NCBI GenBank assembly: GCA_040904565.1
Contig: JBBDTI010000001.1
Coordinates: 1 to 40,459, forward strand
Length of the DNA stretch: 40,459 nt
Source of the DNA: Rhodothermales bacterium
GTDB taxonomy: Bacteria > Bacteroidota > Rhodothermia > Rhodothermales > VXPQ01
Direction of reading: 5' to 3'
This document shows, piece after piece, positions 29,608-38,699 of the stretch. The stretch's first letter is position 1, and each line of letters starts with the position of its first letter. The notes under the pieces were generated by a model. That model saw only the letters and a program-made list of their open reading frames with translations. It ran no database searches and was not told the DNA's origin. A program made the translations under genes and the position numbers.

Positions 29608-31350
29608 ATGCTGTACAGGGCGGTCCTCGGCATAGTTCTGCTGGGTACGGCTTGTAGTAGCGACGACTCGTCCGGACCGGCCGGCGTACCCGACCGATCG
29701 GACGCCGGCCGCGTGGTAGCCCCCACCTTCTTTACCGACGTGACGGAAGTTGCCGGACTGGCGGCTTTTCGTCATTCTAATGGAGGATTCGGGGAGAAGT
29801 GGTTTCCCGAGATTATGGGGAGCGGCGGGGCCTTTGTCGACTACGACGGCGACGGATGGCTGGACATTCTGCTCGTGGGAGGAGGTAGTTTACCCTCTCG
29901 TCCCGTTGAAGACGTGCCTGCCGTTTCCCTCTTCAGGAACGTCGGCTACGGTACGTTCAGGGACGTAACGAGAGAATCCGGCCTTTCAGATGTTCGCGCA
30001 TACGGAATGGGCATCGCGGTCGCCGACTACGATAACGACGGCGATCCCGATTTCTTGCTTACGACCCTCCAGGAAAACTTGCTCTTCCGGAACGATGGCG
30101 GTGTGTTCACGGAGATCGGTCGAGAGGCCGGAATCGCCGACGTTGCACGGTGGAGCACGTCCGCGATATTCTTTGATGCGGACCGGGACGGACACCTGGA
30201 CATCTATGTGACGAACTACGTCGCGTGGTCCGCCGACACCGATATTGAATGCGAGCACGCGGGGCGGCGGGATTTCTGCAACCCGCGCCAGTACCGAGGT
30301 GTCGCCGATAGCTTCTACCGTAATGACGGTCGAGGCAAGTTTGTAAACGCCGGTGAATCTGCGGGATTCCACAACGGCATCGAGCTGGTGGGGTCGCGAG
30401 GTCTGGGCGTTACGGAGCTGGATTTTAACAACGACGGATGGCCGGACGTTTACGTCGCGAACGACGGAGGCCGTAATTATCTCTTTCGGAACGACGGAGA
30501 GGGGGCGTTTACGGAAACGGCGACACGGAGCGGCGTAGCATTTGATCAACGCGGCACTCCGCGCGCGGGAATGGGCGTTGACGTAGGCGTGGTGGACAGC
30601 ACGAGGGAATTGTCCATCTTCGTTGGCAACTTCTCCCAGGAGACGGTGAGCGTCTGGCGACACGAGCAAGGAGGATTCTTCGTCGATCGCGCCGCGGTTT
30701 CGGGCGTCGGTTTCCCGTCCAGAGGGACGCTCACTTTCGGCCTCGTTCTCTTCGACATAGATCTCGATACTGATCTGGATCTCCTGCTGGCCAATGGGAA
30801 CGTTATCGAACAGATCGCATCTATGCAGGCGGGGGTCACGTTCAGAGAACGTCCTCAACTCTTCGTGAATAGAGGAGACGGCGTATTCGACGAATTCGAG
30901 ACGGCGCATGGGCCTCTTTCGAAGAGGATGCTGGCTCGTGGCCTTGCGGTCGGTGATGTCGACCGGGACGGGGACCTCGACATGCTGGTCACTGAAAATG
31001 ACGGTCCGGCGCACCTGTGGCGCAACGATCTCGACGGCGGCGCCTTTCTTCGTGTGCGGCTGCAAGGTACCGAGAGCAATCGGGACGGGGTAGGTGCTCG
31101 GATTCTCGCCGCAATCCCCGGGCATACGATGGAACGGCGCGTGCGAGCGGGATTCAGCTACCTTTCCGATTCAGAAAAGACCGCCACCTTCGGGTTGGGC
31201 CGACACCGAGACGTGTCCACGTTGGAGGTGACCTGGCCGAGCGGGCGTGTTGAACGGATCGAGCGTGTAGCGTCAAATCAGGAAGTGTTGCTCGTCGAAG
31301 GGTCCGGTGATCTCGTGTCGAAATGGAGCCGGTCCGATCCGGCCCAATAA
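29608..31350 (+). CDS. CRTAC1-like FG-GAP/VCBS repeat + ASPIC/UnbV lipoprotein
   Basis: Lipobox GTAC, repeated DxDxDGxxD motifs, C-terminal SNRDGVGAR..SYLS..FGLG..VTWPSG. Alternative start at 29584. Confidence 0.9.
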   Translation: MLYRAVLGIVLLGTACSSDDSSGPAGVPDRSDAGRVVAPTFFTDVTEVAGLAAFRHSNGGFGEKWFPEIMGSGGAFVDYDGDGWLDILLVGGGSLPSRPVEDVPAVSLFRNVGYGTFRDVTRESGLSDVRAYGMGIAVADYDNDGDPDFLLTTLQENLLFRNDGGVFTEIGREAGIADVARWSTSAIFFDADRDGHLDIYVTNYVAWSADTDIECEHAGRRDFCNPRQYRGVADSFYRNDGRGKFVNAGESAGFHNGIELVGSRGLGVTELDFNNDGWPDVYVANDGGRNYLFRNDGEGAFTETATRSGVAFDQRGTPRAGMGVDVGVVDSTRELSIFVGNFSQETVSVWRHEQGGFFVDRAAVSGVGFPSRGTLTFGLVLFDIDLDTDLDLLLANGNVIEQIASMQAGVTFRERPQLFVNRGDGVFDEFETAHGPLSKRMLARGLAVGDVDRDGDLDMLVTENDGPAHLWRNDLDGGAFLRVRLQGTESNRDGVGARILAAIPGHTMERRVRAGFSYLSDSEKTATFGLGRHRDVSTLEVTWPSGRVERIERVASNQEVLLVEGSGDLVSKWSRSDPAQ

Positions 31351-31428
31351 CGGTCGGTAACGTTCGGCGCGCAGTGCCGGCGCGCCTTGGCGAACGTTGC
31401 ATCGAACGAACGATGAGAAGAGATCGAG

Positions 31429-32703
31429 ATGTACCTGATTAGAACCATATGCCCCCTGCTCCTATCCGGGCTCTACATCGTTTCCATGACGGGTTGTGCG
31501 TCCGAGGAATCCTCGCAAGCAGCTGACCGAGGCAAAACAGAGGTGCGGGCGAACCCGTCGTCGGCATCCGAAATCTTGGACCCTCGCGCTCAGGATCTGC
31601 TGATTAAAGGACAGCGCGCCTTTCAGCAGGGAAACTACGAGGGCGCCATGGCGCTTCTCGACAGCGCCGAGACGTACGCGCCAGGCGCGCCGGTCATTCC
31701 CTTCAACCGCGGGAGAGTCTACACCGCGGTGAACCGCATCGACGCCGCCAGGAAGGCATTTCATGAGGCGATAGAACGGGATCCCGCCTATCCCGAGGCA
31801 CGGCTTCGATTGGGTGATATCGAGCTGCAGCGCGGTGACGTCGAAGCTGCTCTGAAGTACTACCGAGAGGAGCAATCCGTCGAGCCCAGTTCGGATCTGT
31901 TCGTGAAGATGGGCGAATCCTTTTACCGAATGGGCGAAGCGGACAGCGCACGCGCCGCGTACGAGCAGGCCATCGCGTTGGACAGCACAAACGCGACCGC
32001 GCATATGATGTACGGACAGCTCCTGGAAGAGACCGGACAACTGGAGGAGGCCCTTCGGCATTCCCAGCGAGCGCTCGCGCTTGAACCGAACCAGTCAAAC
32101 TATCAGTATGCCGTAGGTTCGCAGCTCTATCAGATGGGTCGACTGGAAGAATCGGTCGAGTACCTGAAACGAGCGGCTGATGGGCGCCTCCTCCATTACC
32201 CGGCGCAGAATAATCTGGCGCAGGTGCTGCTGCGCCTTGGACGCGAAGGCGAATCCGACTATTACATGGCTCGAGCCGACTCTTCGCGCGAATTGATGAA
32301 CCGAATTACCGATGCCCAGAGCATCGCAGCCCAAAACCCCACGTCGGTCGATGGTTGGATCAAACTTGGTGAGCTGTTTCGTATGGCCGACGAGCGGGAT
32401 CGGGCGATGCAGGCCTTCAACCGTGCGGCCATCCTGGAGCCGACCAACCTGAGGGTTCAGAAGATTGTAGGAGAGATGATGCTCGCGGAGGGTGACGTGC
32501 AGACGGCCATCGATCTGTTTCAGGCAATCCTGCAGGTCGATCGGAGCCGCGTGGACGTTTGGAAGAATCTGGCGCTCGCCTATGCCGCGGCCGGCCAATG
32601 CGAGGACGCCCGCCGTGCTCTAAGCACCGCGAGAGAGCACCGGCCCGGCGACGCAAGCCTGGCAAATATTATGAATGGGTTGTGTCAGGAACTCGATACC
32701 TGA
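31429..32703 (+). CDS. TPR-repeat lipoprotein
   Basis: Lipobox MTGC and multiple TPR-like helix pairs. Confidence 0.88.
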   Translation: MYLIRTICPLLLSGLYIVSMTGCASEESSQAADRGKTEVRANPSSASEILDPRAQDLLIKGQRAFQQGNYEGAMALLDSAETYAPGAPVIPFNRGRVYTAVNRIDAARKAFHEAIERDPAYPEARLRLGDIELQRGDVEAALKYYREEQSVEPSSDLFVKMGESFYRMGEADSARAAYEQAIALDSTNATAHMMYGQLLEETGQLEEALRHSQRALALEPNQSNYQYAVGSQLYQMGRLEESVEYLKRAADGRLLHYPAQNNLAQVLLRLGREGESDYYMARADSSRELMNRITDAQSIAAQNPTSVDGWIKLGELFRMADERDRAMQAFNRAAILEPTNLRVQKIVGEMMLAEGDVQTAIDLFQAILQVDRSRVDVWKNLALAYAAAGQCEDARRALSTAREHRPGDASLANIMNGLCQELDT

Positions 32704-32842
32704 TTATTTGCGCTCCGGGTAGACGGATGCTCCTCGACCGCTTAGCCATCCCTCCTCCGGCAAAGAATGGGAACAGCAGCGTTCACCGGAGGGTTTCACA
32801 ATGTATACCACATCACAGCCAAGCCGCTTGGGAGGTGTCGAG

Positions 32843-33376
32843 ATGAAGCTTCGCCGAAACCTTTTTACGGTAGTGCTCCTATGCTTGACGGCGGTGTTGT
32901 CCTGGGGATGCGTTCAGAGTCAGGCTACGGCCGACCGAGACGGGGCGAATGAACAGGAGATCGCCGAGGAGACTGAGAGGCAGCAAACGGATCGCAGGGT
33001 TGGCGGGGTGTCGGCCGCTGCTGCTAGGGACGTGGACTGGAGTTCCGTTATCGGCGAAGAAGAGGCAGAGGGACGGTCGATAACGCATATCGAAGAGTTG
33101 TTGCGAGGCCAGGTGGCCGGCGTAGATGTCGTGGAGGGACCGGGGGGTATGTTGTCGGTCCGCATCCGGGGAACATCATCGTTTATGGGCAGCAATGAAC
33201 CCCTCTACGTAGTTGACGGTATGCCGATGACGCAGGCAGATCGCGGCGGTCTCGGCGGCGTGAACGTCCACGATATCGCCAGAATTGAAGTGCTGAAGGA
33301 TGTGGACGCGAAGGCATTGTATGGTTCACGGGGCGGTAACGGAGTGATCCTGATTTCAACGAAGCGCGGCCGTTAA
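32843..33376 (+). CDS. Stand-alone TonB-receptor plug-domain lipoprotein
   Basis: GGAGG RBS, lipobox SWGC, ELLRGQVAGV, VRIRG, EPLYVVDG, DIARIEVLKD, YGSRGGNGVILISTK then stop. Confidence 0.85.
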   Translation: MKLRRNLFTVVLLCLTAVLSWGCVQSQATADRDGANEQEIAEETERQQTDRRVGGVSAAAARDVDWSSVIGEEEAEGRSITHIEELLRGQVAGVDVVEGPGGMLSVRIRGTSSFMGSNEPLYVVDGMPMTQADRGGLGGVNVHDIARIEVLKDVDAKALYGSRGGNGVILISTKRGR

Positions 33377-33466
33377 CCAGCCTGTCCGTTAGTTCCATCA
33401 GGTACCGCACCGCGTGGCGGCAGCGCGTATGTATGACGACACCGGTCCGATGCGGGATGGAAACAC

Positions 33467-34159
33467 CTATGCGTGTGCCAGCCGCTTAAAGAAGCTGGAC
33501 CGAAGCTTTTCGATGTGCTTTTCCATGGCATCGCGTGCCGCCGTCGGATTGCGTTCCGAGATGGCATCAATAACCACCTGATGTTCCTCCGTGCACTCCA
33601 TCAGCCGCCCGGACGTCGTCTGAGAGTCCGTAGCAAGGTAATGAATACGATTGCGCATCTGGAGGGCTAGCTGGCCCAACAGGGCGTTAGGACACGCGTT
33701 CGTCAGCATCTCGTGATAAATCGTGTCTGCCCTCGACCAGGCTGTGCGATCTCCGTTCTCGGCTGCCGCATCCATTTGATCTACGGCCTCTTGCAACACT
33801 TCGATGATTTCCGGAGACGCCGAATCGGCGACCAACCGGGAGATCTCGGGATCAACGAGCGATCGGACGTGGAGAACGTTCAATACTTCCTGCATCGATG
33901 GAGCCGCGACCGTCATCGCACGATTAGGCAGGTTTTGAACCAGTCCCTCCTGCGCAAGCTGGTGCAGAGCCTCGCGAATCGGCGTCCGGCTAATTTGCAG
34001 AGCCTCTGAAAGCCGCGTCTCAGAGAGCGCTTCACCCGGCTGGAGTTCACCGTCCCGGATGGCTTCTTTTAGGCGTTCATAGGCAACGTCCCGCAGCAAC
34101 GGCCGTTCGCTCCCATTTGTGCGCTTAATTTTCTTACGAAGTTTATTTCGTTCCGGCAT
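33467..34159 (-). CDS. GntR/FadR-family regulator with FCD domain
   Basis: AYERLKEAI..GELQPG, SETRLSEALQISRTPIREAL, FCD motifs D..YH, EH..VIDAI and MEKH. Confidence 0.93.
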   Translation of the reverse strand: MPERNKLRKKIKRTNGSERPLLRDVAYERLKEAIRDGELQPGEALSETRLSEALQISRTPIREALHQLAQEGLVQNLPNRAMTVAAPSMQEVLNVLHVRSLVDPEISRLVADSASPEIIEVLQEAVDQMDAAAENGDRTAWSRADTIYHEMLTNACPNALLGQLALQMRNRIHYLATDSQTTSGRLMECTEEHQVVIDAISERNPTAARDAMEKHIEKLRSSFFKRLAHA

Positions 34160-34667
34160 TGTGAAGTCAAGTCGGATTGAAGGTATTCAGCAGTGCGTAT
34201 CTTAATCTGCCTTGTTGACTTGTGACGGCGAATCGAGCGACACCGTCAACCATCACACATAGGCCTCGATGATGTAACTGTCATTTTAAAACGACGAACC
34301 GTGCTGGATATTGCCCTGATAAAAGAAATGGATTTGATCTCGTACCTATTCTCGGGCAATTTTTCTGGTCGCATGAGTTTTTGGATAGGATTCAAGTATG
34401 TCTCCCGATGGATGATCACGCGCCCCTGTCGTGCAACGGCTTCTAAAATGGCCTGTTGGCAATCGAGGTTCTGAAAATTACCGTTTCAAACAAGCTAGGT
34501 CCTTTCGGGGGAAGGTTACTTTGGGAGGCGTCCAGGGATGGGCGCTCCGGACCACCAATATACATAATGAATACGTTAATTGGTTATTTCAGTTCCGTGT
34601 CGGCCGCCGTGGAGTTACAGGCCTCCACGGCCGAACTTCATGCCCAATCCCTTCGTAGATCGATACC

Positions 34668-35843
34668 ATGTCCTGGACCTCCATCATAGACCAGCGCCGC
34701 ACGATCGAGGCGCTGAAGTCTACCATCGCCAGCGAGCGGATCGCGCACGCGTACCTGTTCCACGGGCCGGACGGCGTCGGGAAGCGAGCCGTGGCCATCG
34801 AGTACGGCAAGACGCTGCTCTGCGAGCGCGGCGGCACGGAGGCCTGCGGCAAGTGCCTGCCGTGTACGAAGGTGAGCCGGATGGTGCACCCGGACCTCCA
34901 CATCCTCTTTCCCTATCCGTCCGACACGGATCTGGAGGACGTCGGCGAGCGGATTCGCCTTCTCGGGAAGAATCCCTATGCCGCGGTGGATTTCGTGCGG
35001 CGCCCCACGCTGGGCGATCCGACGAAGTCCACCAACAAGCAGGCCCTCTACACCGTCTCGCGCATGCACGAGGAGGTGCGCCGGGAGATGAGCTTCAAGC
35101 CGGTCGAAGGCAAGTACAAGATCGCCGTGATGACGGACGCCGACCTGCTCCGCACCGAGGCCGCCAATGCCTTCCTGAAGCTGTTGGAAGAGCCGGCGCC
35201 GCGGACGATCTTCATCCTCACGACGAGCCGCACGGACCGGATGCTGCCGACCATCCTGTCGCGCTGCCAGCGCTTCCGGTTCGATCCACTGGCACCCGAG
35301 GCGATCGAGCAGGAGCTCGTCGAACGCGAGGGTACGGAGCCGGCGCTCGCCGCCACGCTGGCCCGCATGGCGGACGGGTCCTATACGGCCGCGCTGGACC
35401 TGGCGCAGAACGAGGAGCTGCGCGGGCTGCGCGAGCTGGTGCTGGATTTCTTCCGGATGTCGTACGCGAAAAAGGTCGACAGGCTCGCCGACCAGGTCGA
35501 GCAGACGGCGCGCCTGGGGCGCGATCAGGTCAAGCACGTCCTCGAGCTCATGCTTCGGTGGGTGCGCGATCTCGTGCTCTACCGCTCGCTCGGCGACGAC
35601 GCCCCCCTCGTGAACGTGGACCAGCGCGACGCGATCGCGAAGTTCAACGACAACCTGCCGGATGCCGACCTGGAGGCCATGGCATCCATCCTCGAAGAGG
35701 CCGTCGAGTTGATCGAGCGAAACGTACACGTTACCCTGACGTTAACAGTACTTTCACAAACGCTCGCTGCCGCGATGCGCGGCCCCCACAGCGGCAAACT
35801 CTATCTGCCGCTGAGCGACGAGCCGCTGCGGAAGTCGGCCTGA
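34668..35843 (+). CDS. holB: DNA polymerase III subunit delta'
   Basis: HAYLFHGPDGVGK, zinc motif C..ACGKCLPC, HPDLH, AANAFLKLLEEP, LPTILSRCQ. Confidence 0.92.
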   Translation: MSWTSIIDQRRTIEALKSTIASERIAHAYLFHGPDGVGKRAVAIEYGKTLLCERGGTEACGKCLPCTKVSRMVHPDLHILFPYPSDTDLEDVGERIRLLGKNPYAAVDFVRRPTLGDPTKSTNKQALYTVSRMHEEVRREMSFKPVEGKYKIAVMTDADLLRTEAANAFLKLLEEPAPRTIFILTTSRTDRMLPTILSRCQRFRFDPLAPEAIEQELVEREGTEPALAATLARMADGSYTAALDLAQNEELRGLRELVLDFFRMSYAKKVDRLADQVEQTARLGRDQVKHVLELMLRWVRDLVLYRSLGDDAPLVNVDQRDAIAKFNDNLPDADLEAMASILEEAVELIERNVHVTLTLTVLSQTLAAAMRGPHSGKLYLPLSDEPLRKSA

Positions 35844-35871
35844 AGTACGCTCATCACACGTCGTTATAGAT

Positions 35872-36942
35872 ATGTCCTGTGGCAACTGCGGCACCGGCGG
35901 AGAAGGCTCCGGCGGATGTGGGTCCGGCGGCTGCGCCTCCGGCGACGGTGCGGCCGGCTGCGGCTCCGGCGGCTCCTGCGGAACGGACGCCTGCCCGGCC
36001 ATGCACGTCTACGACTGGCTCACGGAAATCGGCGTCAGCGGGCCCCCCGTCCTCTACGACCTCGTCGAGGTCACCTTCAAAGCCGGACGAAAAGGGATCT
36101 ACCGCAATACGCGTGAGCTCGACCTGCACGTAGGTGATTTCGTGATCGTGCAGGCGGACCGCGGCGTCGATTTCGGTACGGTCCACATGGTCGGCGAGCT
36201 CGTTCGCCTCCGCGTTAAGTCGAAGGGACTCGAAGAAGATACGCAGTTTCCGAGCATCATTCGCTCGGCCGGACTCGCAGACATCGATAAGTGGGAGGAG
36301 AACAAGGAGGAGGAAGCCGATGCGTTCTACGTCGGGCGTAAGGCGATCGACAAGCTGGACCTCCCCATGAAGCTGGTCGACGTCGAATGGCAGTTCGACC
36401 ACAAGAAGATCACCTTTTATTTTACGGCGGATCACCGGGTGGATTTCCGGCAGCTCGTCCGCGATCTGGCCTCCAGGTTCCGCACCCGCGTCGAGCTGCG
36501 CCAGATCGGGGCGCGCGATGAGGCCGCGCGACTCGGCGGCATCGGGTCGTGCGGCCGCGAGCTGTGCTGCTCGACGTGGCTGCAGGAGTTCAAGCCCGTC
36601 TCCACGCAGGCCGCGAAGATCCAGAACCTGCCCCTCAATCCGGTTCGGCTATCCGGACAGTGTGGACGACTGAAGTGCTGCCTCAATTACGAGCTCGAGC
36701 AGTACATGGCCGTCTTGAAGGATTTTCCGCGCGTCGACACGCCCATCGAAACATCGTCCGGCAAAGGCACTATCCAGAAACTCGACATCTTTCAGGATGT
36801 CGTCTGGATTCAGTACGACGACGGGTCATGGGACGATCTCGCGCTGGCGCGAGCCCGCGAAATCCTCGGGATCGAGGAAGACGAGCCCGCCCGCGAGAAG
36901 ATCGAGTTCGATCCCCGACAGCGCGGCCGCGGCCGGAACTGA
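35872..36942 (+). CDS. ricT: PSP1/RicT (YaaT) family Fe-S regulatory protein
   Basis: FYFTADHRVDFRQLV, RQIGARDEA, GSCGRELCCSTW, LSGQCGRLKCCLNYE. holB-yaaT synteny. Confidence 0.9.
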   Translation: MSCGNCGTGGEGSGGCGSGGCASGDGAAGCGSGGSCGTDACPAMHVYDWLTEIGVSGPPVLYDLVEVTFKAGRKGIYRNTRELDLHVGDFVIVQADRGVDFGTVHMVGELVRLRVKSKGLEEDTQFPSIIRSAGLADIDKWEENKEEEADAFYVGRKAIDKLDLPMKLVDVEWQFDHKKITFYFTADHRVDFRQLVRDLASRFRTRVELRQIGARDEAARLGGIGSCGRELCCSTWLQEFKPVSTQAAKIQNLPLNPVRLSGQCGRLKCCLNYELEQYMAVLKDFPRVDTPIETSSGKGTIQKLDIFQDVVWIQYDDGSWDDLALARAREILGIEEDEPAREKIEFDPRQRGRGRN

Positions 36943-37035
36943 CGCCGGCCCGCCCGGCAAGGACGTCCTTCGCGACCGAAGTCTCCCGCCGGATGTCCCG
37001 CGCCGGACGTCGACGTTTCATCCATTTCCTGCTGC

Positions 37036-37884
37036 ATGGCCTATTCAGCTGAAATTTCCCGTTCCTCGCCGACCGCGATCCTGTTTCTGCTGGATCAGTC
37101 GGCCTCGATGCAAGACGTCTTCGGAGGCGCTGAACAGCGCGGCGACGCCGCTTCCAGCAAGGCCCGCGTCCTCGCCGACACGGTTAACAGCCTCCTCCAG
37201 AACCTCGTCCTCCGCTGCGCCAAGGAAGACGGCGTGCGCGACTACTTCCACGTCGGCATCGTCGGCTACGGGGAGCGCGTGCAGCCACTCATCCGTCCCG
37301 CCGCCGAGTCCCCTACAGCCCCCAACTTCGTCCCCATCAGTTATCTCGCCGAGCGGCCGCTTCGTCTGGAGCAGCGCGTCCGGCAGGTCAACGGCAAGCA
37401 GAGGAAGGTCAAATTCCCCATCTGGTTCGATCCGCGCGCGAAGAACGGGACGCCCATGTGCCAGGCGCTCGACCTGGCCGCCCAGATCGTCCGCGACTGG
37501 ATCGATCTCCATCCACACGATTTTCCGCCCATCGTAGTGAACGTGACGGACGGGGAGGCGACCGACGGCGATCCGCTCGAATTCGCCAGACAGCTCCGCT
37601 CGTTCGCGACGGACGACGGGGAGGCGCTCCTCTTCAACGTGCACCTGTCGTCCTCGGAGGCGCCGGCCGTAGAATTGCCCGACGCGGCCGCGGAGCTACC
37701 GCGGGAAGATTACGCGCTGCAGCTCTTTCAGATGTCGAGTCCGCTGCCGTTCTCGATGCGCGCCGCCGCGGAGCAGGAGGGCTACCGGGTCAACCTCGAC
37801 ACGCGCGGATTCGTGTTCAATGCCGACCCGGCCTCGCTCGTTCGCTTTCTCGAGATCGGCACCCGCCCGAGCAACCTTCGCTGA
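37036..37884 (+). CDS. vWA (TerY/YegL-like) protein
   Basis: MIDAS DQSAS, GTPM, VTDG. Confidence 0.88.
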   Translation: MAYSAEISRSSPTAILFLLDQSASMQDVFGGAEQRGDAASSKARVLADTVNSLLQNLVLRCAKEDGVRDYFHVGIVGYGERVQPLIRPAAESPTAPNFVPISYLAERPLRLEQRVRQVNGKQRKVKFPIWFDPRAKNGTPMCQALDLAAQIVRDWIDLHPHDFPPIVVNVTDGEATDGDPLEFARQLRSFATDDGEALLFNVHLSSSEAPAVELPDAAAELPREDYALQLFQMSSPLPFSMRAAAEQEGYRVNLDTRGFVFNADPASLVRFLEIGTRPSNLR

Positions 37885-38699
37885 TGCCAATTAAAGTCCA
37901 CACGTTCCACGTCCCGAAGTCCGGCCACACCGACGACGAATACGAAGACGCCTTCGCAACGTCCGATCCCGACCGGCTTCCCTTCCGCGCGGCGATCGCC
38001 GACGGGGCGACCGAGTCGGCTTTCTCGGGTGGATGGGCCCGCGCGTGGGTCGCCGAGTACCTGAAGCACGGCGACCTGATCGAGTCCGCCGCCGCGGCCC
38101 GCGCACGCTGGACCCCGCCGCCGGACGATCGATGGTACGTCGAAGCCAAAGCCGCCCAGGGCTCGCACGCCGCCGTGCTGGGCGTGGAAATTTCAGCGGC
38201 CGGCACCGATTCCCGCCCCGGCCATATAGATTCCCGTCCCGGCGGATCGTGGCGCGCCGAAAGTCTCGGCGACTGCTGCCTGTTTCTCATCCGCGGCGGC
38301 GCGCTCCGCCTGAGCTGGCCGTTCACGCGGGCCGACGCCTTCCACAACCGCCCGGCGCTGCTTTCGAGCCATGCCTCGAGGGACGACAGCGCGGGTGCCG
38401 CCGCAATGGAAGCCCCCGTGGCCACCGAGGGCACCTGGCACGCCGGCGATGCGTTCATGCTCACCACCGACGCGCTGGCCGCCTGGATGCTGGCGCGCCG
38501 CGAGGAGCGGGACGCATGGCGGTCGCTACTTGCCTGCGCCGACGGACCATCAGCCGATGGACCAGGTGAGGCGCCCGGTGACAGCGTGCCCGATGATCGG
38601 GCACGCGGTGCGTTCGAGCGATTCGCCGCAGCCGCGAGGCGCGGCGACGACCATCCTCTAAGTAACGACGACACTACCGCCGTAATCATCCGCTTATGA
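37884..38699 (+). CDS. PP2C-like phosphatase (YegK-like)
   Basis: EYEDA, IADGATES, LGDC, LTTDAL, NDDTT. ATG 37884 overlaps the vWA stop (TGATG). Confidence 0.82.
   Translation: MPIKVHTFHVPKSGHTDDEYEDAFATSDPDRLPFRAAIADGATESAFSGGWARAWVAEYLKHGDLIESAAAARARWTPPPDDRWYVEAKAAQGSHAAVLGVEISAAGTDSRPGHIDSRPGGSWRAESLGDCCLFLIRGGALRLSWPFTRADAFHNRPALLSSHASRDDSAGAAAMEAPVATEGTWHAGDAFMLTTDALAAWMLARREERDAWRSLLACADGPSADGPGEAPGDSVPDDRARGAFERFAAAARRGDDHPLSNDDTTAVIIRL

Noticed and set aside
4-34667. tRNA-anchored integrative element or prophage
   Set aside because: The locus lies on the 5' side of the tRNA. No integrase, transposase, phage gene or duplicated tRNA 3' end was seen.
34580-35869. 429-aa plus-strand ORF overlapping holB
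   Set aside because: Arg/Gly/Pro-rich alternative frame typical of high-GC DNA.
37458-37883. N-terminal extension of the PP2C ORF
   Set aside because: It overlaps the vWA gene out of frame. The coupled ATG at 37884 is the more plausible start.
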